DNA from: Rebecca billardiae RCC1528
Lineage: Eukaryota > Protista > Haptophyta
Assembly: GCA_965240325.2 (NCBI GenBank)
Contig: OZ251232.1
Coordinates: forward strand, 1,240,001-1,304,000
DNA length: 64,000 bases
Direction of reading: 5' to 3'
The translations under genes were made by a program, and so were the position numbers. Below the pieces are notes generated by a model. The model was not told the DNA's origin. It saw nothing but the letters and a program-made list of their open reading frames with translations, and made no database searches. This document shows, piece after piece, positions 55,492 to 64,000 of this stretch (positions within the stretch are counted from its first letter, which is position 1; each line of letters begins with the position of its first letter).

Positions 55492-56928
55492 CTACTCCTG
55501 GCGGAGCACCTCGACGACCGACTTGAACGCGAACCACTCCGGGATGTCCTCGCCCGCGCGGAGCATGCGCCGGAACTCGGTGCCCGAGAGCTTGAGCGGC
55601 TTGAGGTTCTCGGCCTTCGCCTCGTCCGCGGTGATGTACCCCTTCTCCGCCGTGTACACCAGGTTGAGCGACGGGACCGTCTTCACGCCCAGCTCCTCCG
55701 AGTTCGCCGCGGCGAAGTCCTGCGCGTCGTACGGGCCGTAGAAATCCTCCTCTGCGCGCGCACGGCGGGCGGCGGGCGGCGGCGGGCGGCGGCCGAGCGC
55801 GCGCGGCGACGGCGCGGTCAGGTGAGGCGAGGGACGGGGGCGCGGCGGCGGCGGTGGACGCGGCTGCACACTGGCGGCGGCGCGCGCGCGCGCCCGCCCG
55901 CCCGCGCGCGCACCCGTGATCGAGCTCTTCGAGCCCGCCATGTCGCGGCCGATGATGAAGTGCGTGCAGCCGTAGTTCTTGCGAATGATCATGTGCTGCA
56001 TCGCCTCACGGGGGCCGGCCATGTGCATCGAGTAGGGCAAGTAGGCCCAGACGACCTGCGGGTTGGCGACCTCCTCCTTGAGCACCTCGTACGTCTTGTA
56101 CCGCACGGTGCCCGGGATGTCGCCCTCCTGCGTCGGGCCGCACGTCGGGTGCACGAGCACCGTGCCGGTCGGGTCGACGTTGTCTGCAAAGAGCGCGCGC
56201 GTGAAGAGCTCGTAGTGCGCGCGGTGCACCGGGTTGCGGCACTGGAAGGCGACGACGTCCTTGCCCTCCGGGAGCATGGCGCGCACCTGCTCCGGCGTCT
56301 GGCACGGGAAGTCGCGCACCGGCAGCTCGAAGCCGACGACCGGGCCGCCGATGTAGTACTTGCCACGCTCCATCGCGACCATGCGCACGCCCGGGTGTTC
56401 GAGCGAGGCGGTGCCGTAGCAGTTGAGGCACTCGACGGCCTTGTCCGGCATCCACTTCTCCTCGACGGTCATCATCGCGAGGTCCTTCCCCTGGTACTTG
56501 AGCACGATCTTGTCCCCCGGCTGGATCGACTCGTCGTCCGTGTCCATCACGACCGGCAGCCCGAAGAGCAGACCGTCCGTCATGCGGTGCGTCTTGTGCA
56601 CGGACTCGTAGTCGGCCTGGTTCATGAAGCCGGTGAGGGGCGAGAAGCCGCCGACGGAGAGGAGCTCGACGTCGCACGATTGCCGGTCGGTCAGCTCGAT
56701 CGTCTTGGTGCACGACGCCTTGAGCTTGTCCGCCTCGCCCGCTGCCGCCATCAGGTTCACGAGCTTGCCGCCGTGCGCCGGGGTGTTGGAGGCCATCTGC
56801 ACGCGCGCCGCCGAGGCCGCCGGGGCAGCCGCCCGCGATGCCGCCACACGCGAGCCCGCGAACGGCATGTTGAACGCCGCGGCCGGCGCCGCCATCGCGA
56901 GCGCGACAATTGCCGTCGTCTTCATCAT
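55492..56928 (-). CDS. sat: Plastid ATP sulfurylase; exons 56928-55914, 55751-55492
   Basis: [64 protein letters not shown]; signal peptide ending AAA-F; 162-bp intron. Confidence 0.96.
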   Translation of the reverse strand: MMKTTAIVALAMAAPAAAFNMPFAGSRVAASRAAAPAASAARVQMASNTPAHGGKLVNLMAAAGEADKLKASCTKTIELTDRQSCDVELLSVGGFSPLTGFMNQADYESVHKTHRMTDGLLFGLPVVMDTDDESIQPGDKIVLKYQGKDLAMMTVEEKWMPDKAVECLNCYGTASLEHPGVRMVAMERGKYYIGGPVVGFELPVRDFPCQTPEQVRAMLPEGKDVVAFQCRNPVHRAHYELFTRALFADNVDPTGTVLVHPTCGPTQEGDIPGTVRYKTYEVLKEEVANPQVVWAYLPYSMHMAGPREAMQHMIIRKNYGCTHFIIGRDMAGSKSSITGARAGGRARARAAASVQPRPPPPPRPRPSPHLTAPSPRALGRRPPPPAARRARAEEDFYGPYDAQDFAAANSEELGVKTVPSLNLVYTAEKGYITADEAKAENLKPLKLSGTEFRRMLRAGEDIPEWFAFKSVVEVLRQE

Positions 56929-57217
56929 CGCCGCCGTGCAGTCACGTCCGCGCCACGGGGATCGCGTCCGAGATAGATTCTCACGGCCGGCGGCCGCAAA
57001 AAAAAGGATCCGCGTGGAAATCGCAAACAAAAAGCACCTCTGGCGTGAGTCCGGGAGCTCGCGCCCGCAATCAACCGCAGCGCGCAGCGCGCAAAGCCTC
57101 GCCCAGTCGCATGCGTCCGGACCGTCATCAGCAATATCATGAGCCTTCGCGAATGTACCGTAGCCCCCCGACGCCGTGCGTCTCGGAGGTGGACTGCCGA
57201 CGAGGGCGACGACGTTG

Positions 57218-58256
57218 ATGGCGATTACGCGCGCGCTGCTGCTGCTGAGCGCGTCGGCGGCGAGCGCCTCGGGCGCTCGCGTCGTCGCGCCCCGCTCCAT
57301 CGTGCACAGGGCCGCGGCCATCCGGCGCGCCCTGCCCCTCGCCAGCGAGGGTGAGGCCGGCTCGGACGCGCGCGCGCTCGGGCGGCGGAGCGCGCTCGCC
57401 GCGGCCGCCGGCGGCGCCCTTGCGCTCTCGCGCTCGGCGGGCGCGGCGGAGGGTGGGCGTGTGCTTGCGTACAGCGACTTTCTTGAGCAGGTCAACAAGG
57501 ACAAGATCGACATCGTCACGTTCTCCGCCGAGGGCAACACCCTCCTTGCGATTGACACGGAGGGCAACCGGCAGGAGGTCGCCGTGCTGCCCGGCCAGAC
57601 GATGGACCTGATCGACCTGCTGCGCAAGCACAACGTGCGCTTCTCGGTGCTCTCGCCGCAGCAGCCCAACGCCGCCGTCTCCATCCTCTCCTCGCTCTTC
57701 GTCCCGCTCCTCCTCTTCGGCGGCCTCACCCTGCTCTCGCGCCGCGGCATGGGCGGCGGCGGCGGCCCGCAGGGCGGCCCGGGCGGCATGAACCCGTTTG
57801 ACATGGGCAAGAGCCGCTCCAAGATCCAGCTCGAGCCGCAGACGGGCGTGGTGTTCGACGACGTGGCCGGCTGCGACTCGTCCAAGCTCGAGCTCACCGA
57901 GGTCGTCGAGTTCCTCAAGAACCCGTCCAAGTTTTCGGCGCTCGGCGCCAAGACTCCGCGCGGCGTGATCATGGAGGGACCGCCCGGCACGGGCAAGACG
58001 CTGCTCGCGCGCGCGGTGGCGGGCGAGGCGGGCGTGCCGTTCATCAGCTGCTCGGGCTCCGAGTTCGTCGAGGTGCGCCGCCGCGCGCGCCGCGCCGCAC
58101 GCGCGCCCTCGAGCCGCGTGCCGCTGGCCTCGCGCACGCGCCACAGCTCGCGCGGCACTCCGGCGGCGGCGCGGCCGGCGCGCAGGCGCGCCCGCGCGCG
58201 GTCTCTGACGCCCGCCCCACGCCCCCTGCTCGCGCGTGCCCGCGGCCTCGGCGCGC

Positions 58257-58291
<35 letters not shown>

Positions 58292-58321
58292 AACGTCTTC
58301 TCCGAGGCGAAGAAGAACGCG

Positions 58322-58353
<32 letters not shown>

Positions 58354-59771
58354 GATCGGCCGGCAGCGCGCCGGCTCGGGCCGCGGCCAGTTTGGCGGCA
58401 ACGACGAGCGCGAGCAGACGCTCAACCAGATCCTGACCGAGATGGACGGGTTCGAGGGGAACTCGGGCGTGATCGTCGTGGCCGCGACCAACCGCGCGGA
58501 CGTGCTCGACTCCGCGCTGCTCCGCCCCGGCCGCTTCGACCGCCGCGTGCCCGTCGACCTGCCCGACAAGGAGGGCCGTGAGGCGATCCTCGGCGTCCAC
58601 GCTAAGGGCAAGCCGCTCGCCACCAACGTCGACCTCGGCATCATCGCGAAGCGCACGATCGGCTTCTCCGGCGCGTCGCTGGCGAACCTCATGAACGAGG
58701 CGGCGATCGTCGCCGCCCGCCGCGACAAGTCGGAGATCGGCTACGCGGAGGTCGACTACGCCATCGACCGCATCACCGTCGGCATGGCCAAGTCGACGTC
58801 GCTCATGTCGCCCGCGCGGCAGCGGCTCGTCGCGTACCACGAGGCGGGGCACGCGGTGATGGGCGCGCTCACGCCGGGTTTCGACATCGTCACCAAGGTG
58901 ACGATTGTGCCGCGCTCGAACGGCGCCGGGGGATTCACGCTCTTCACGCCCACCGAGGACCGCATGGAGTCTGGGCTGTACTCGCGCTCCTACCTCGAGG
59001 CGCAGCTCGCCGTCGCGCTCGGCGGCCGCGTCGCTGAGGAGATCGTCTTCGGCGAGGACGAGGTCACCACCGGTGCGCGCACGCGCGCGCGCGCCCCTTC
59101 GCGCGGCGGCGGCGGCGGCAGCGGCGCGCGTATGGGTGTCGTCGGGCGGCTGCGGCGGAGGGACGCGCCGCGCGCCACGCCTCACCGCCCGCCCGTGCGC
59201 CACCGCCCGCGCGCCGCTTGCCGCAGGCGCATCGAACGACCTGCAACAGGTCCGCAACGTCGCCCGGCGCATGGTGGCGCAGTGGGGCTACGCTAAGGTG
59301 CGCGCACGCGCGGCGCACGCGCGGCTTGCGCCGCGGATGGCGCGGCGTGCGCTCGCGCCCGGGGCGGCGACGGCGTGTGCGCTGACTGACGGCCCGCGGC
59401 ACGCACGCGCGCGCACGGCACGCTCGCGCGCGCAGGACGTGGTGGGCGCGGTCGCGTGGGAGACGCCCGACGGGCAGACGGGCGGGCTAATGGGCCCGCG
59501 CACGGCGTCGGCCAAGACCAACGCGAAGCTGGACGAGGAGGTCCAGAAGATCGTGCAGTCCGCGTACCAGACGTGCAAGGCCACGCTGATGGAGAACCGC
59601 AAGACGCTCGACATGCTCTCTGAGATGCTCATCGACAACGAGACTGTCGACGCACGCGAGCTCTACCAGCTCGTCAAGGACACGGTGCCCGGCGCGACCG
59701 TGCCCGACCTCGACAAGCTGCCCACTTCGCTCGAGGAGATGGGAGAGCAGGCGGCGGCCGCTGCCGCCTAG
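57218..59771 (+). CDS. ftsH: Plastid FtsH ATP-dependent zinc metalloprotease; exons 57218-58072, 58259-59072, 59227-59297, 59436-59771
   Basis: [13 protein letters not shown]|MFVGVG, FIDEIDA, RPGRFDR, HEAGH, GGRVAEE, TTG|ASNDL; bipartite presequence plus Tat-like RRSAL motif. Confidence 0.96.
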
Positions 59772-60349
59772 GCTGCGCGCGCTGAGGACGGCGCGCGGCC
59801 GGCGGGGAGCCCCACGCGAGCGCTGGCCGCGAGGCGCGCTGGCCGCGAGGCGAGCGTTGGAGCACTCGGGATGCACCGGCGCCGGTGGCTCATGCCAACG
59901 CCGGGCACTCGTCGGCACTCATCCCTCCGGCACCGCAGGCCGGAGTGCGCGTCTCTTTGTCGAATGACGTCGGAGTGTCGCCGGCCTATGGCGGGACACG
60001 CTACACGCCGCCGTGCCGCGTGCGCCGCACCGGGAACCCTCCCGAGCCTCACAGGCCGGCCAGGTGCGTGGGGCCCGCCTGAGACACGTCGGACAGTGCG
60101 TCTGTCAGTGCCCGATTGCCACGGGCACATCCACAAGTGGCAAGTGCGCATCTGTCTCAGTCTGCTGCTGCATGCACGAGTACGTGCACTACATCCGGTA
60201 TCGTCATCAGTCCGAAGTCGTTGCACGCCCAACGCCGCCGTCGCATGACGCATAGCCATAGGCGTACTCTCTGAGTAGCTAGTGACCAATGTAAATCATC
60301 GCGCATGATTCCCGATTCCGATCTAAATCGCAGATATATCAGCATCATC

Positions 60350-60430
60350 ATCACTTTATATTTAAAATATTTTATTTAATTTGATGATTATATTCGTATT
60401 ATAATAAAATAATTCGCAATTATTAAGTAT
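60350..60430. other. AT-rich island between the convergent ftsH and cpn60 3' ends
   Basis: TTTATATTTAAAATATTTTATTTAATTT..ATAATAAAATAATT in a GC-rich background. Confidence 0.6.
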
Positions 60431-60494
60431 TGGTCATAATTCACATGACATGTGAAGCGCGCGCGCGCAACTGCTCACCAGATGCGGGGTGCGA

Positions 60495-63185
<2,691 letters not shown>

Positions 63186-63328
63186 TTAGATCGAGCAGTC
63201 TGAAAAAGCTCAGACCTTTTGGCTTTTCGCCCGCGAAAACATTCAATGACGAGAATAAAATGCAAGCGCGGGCGGACGCGGGCTCGCTGTGCGACGTGCA
63301 CCGCCCGGCCGGCTGGGCCTGGGCCACC

Positions 63329-64000
63329 ATGGTGGAACGGGGGAACGACCTGCGCCGCGAGAACGAGGAGCTGCGGACGCTCGTGCGGCAGCAGCAGCTC
63401 CTACTCCTCGAGGCCTCGGCGGCACGACCGCCCTCTGCCGCTCCAGCCCCCTACGCGCTCGGCGAATCTCTGGCCGTCTCGCTCACGTCGCGCCTGGGCT
63501 CGCTTGTCCCGGGCGCACAGCGCTCGCAGCTCGCGGCGGTGGAGCAGCTGCGCGAGGAGCTGCGCGCGCGCGTGGCCGTGGAGGAGCAGCTGCGAGCTGA
63601 GCTGCAGCAGCTGCGCACAGCCCTCCGCGATGCGGACCTGCGGGAGGCCAAGCTCATCGCGCTGGTGCATGAGCTGCGCGATGAGTCTGCGAGCCGCCAC
63701 GTGGCCGTGGTGCGCGCGGAGCACGTGGCCGAGCGCGCAGCGCCGCCAGCTGAGGAGGCCACGGCGGCGCGGCAGGAGCGGCTGTCAGAGTCAGTGCTCG
63801 CACACCGGGGCCCGCCCCAACCACAGCCGGCGGGATTCATGCCACCGCCTGCCGCCTTTGAGACCGCGGCCTCGGTCGACAGCGACTGCCACGACAGGCC
63901 GCGGTGCGCGACACCGCCATTCGGCGCAACGGCCGCGCAGGCGGGCTCGGTCGCTGGGTTGTTCGGGCCGGTGGCGGACGAGTTCGCGGGGCACATGGAG
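63329..64000 (+). CDS. Coiled-coil protein, 5' part (runs off the window)
   Basis: GCCACCATGG start; open frame MVERGNDLRRENEELRTLVRQQQ..VEQLREELRARVAVEEQLRAELQQL to the window end. Confidence 0.7.
   Translation, partial: MVERGNDLRRENEELRTLVRQQQLLLLEASAARPPSAAPAPYALGESLAVSLTSRLGSLVPGAQRSQLAAVEQLREELRARVAVEEQLRAELQQLRTALRDADLREAKLIALVHELRDESASRHVAVVRAEHVAERAAPPAEEATAARQERLSESVLAHRGPPQPQPAGFMPPPAAFETAASVDSDCHDRPRCATPPFGATAAQAGSVAGLFGPVADEFAGHME

Noticed and set aside
55492-58728. Apparent 1078-aa ATP sulfurylase with a long N-terminal extension
   Set aside because: The extension is the antisense of ftsH. The real start is the signal peptide at 56928, and a 162-bp stopless intron is read through in the track.

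Overview
Very GC-rich, gene-dense eukaryotic nuclear DNA. Introns are short (mostly 106-197 bp; donors mostly GTGCGC, acceptors (G)CAG) and several proteins carry bipartite signal+transit presequences. Together these suggest an alga with a secondary plastid, most likely a haptophyte (Pavlovophyceae-like; inference). About 22 protein genes are supported: a TKL kinase, a Sel1-repeat protein, a PhyH dioxygenase, an FkbM methyltransferase, a 5'-nucleotidase, an FN2-5xLamG-FN2 type-I membrane protein, a multi-pass-membrane/PI-PLC fusion directly followed by a PKD2-type channel, thioredoxin, CLC, a C22orf15-like protein, a PrsW protease, a mitochondrial carrier, an SPn-rich surface protein, ATP sulfurylase, FtsH, Cpn60 and several hypotheticals. 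Non-coding highlights are two box C/D snoRNAs hidden in the two long Cpn60 introns (predicted targets equivalent to yeast 18S Gm1572 and 25S Am2256), a TA-flanked Tc1/mariner-type MITE, a foldback element that supplies the CLC stop codon, and a decayed TTAA-bounded element. The best novel-system candidate is the ~8TM-PLC fusion plus PKD2 channel plus dual-acylated small protein cluster (19-30 kb). Most long ORFs in the track are GC-shadow frames. Exon boundaries were read by eye and need RNA-seq confirmation.
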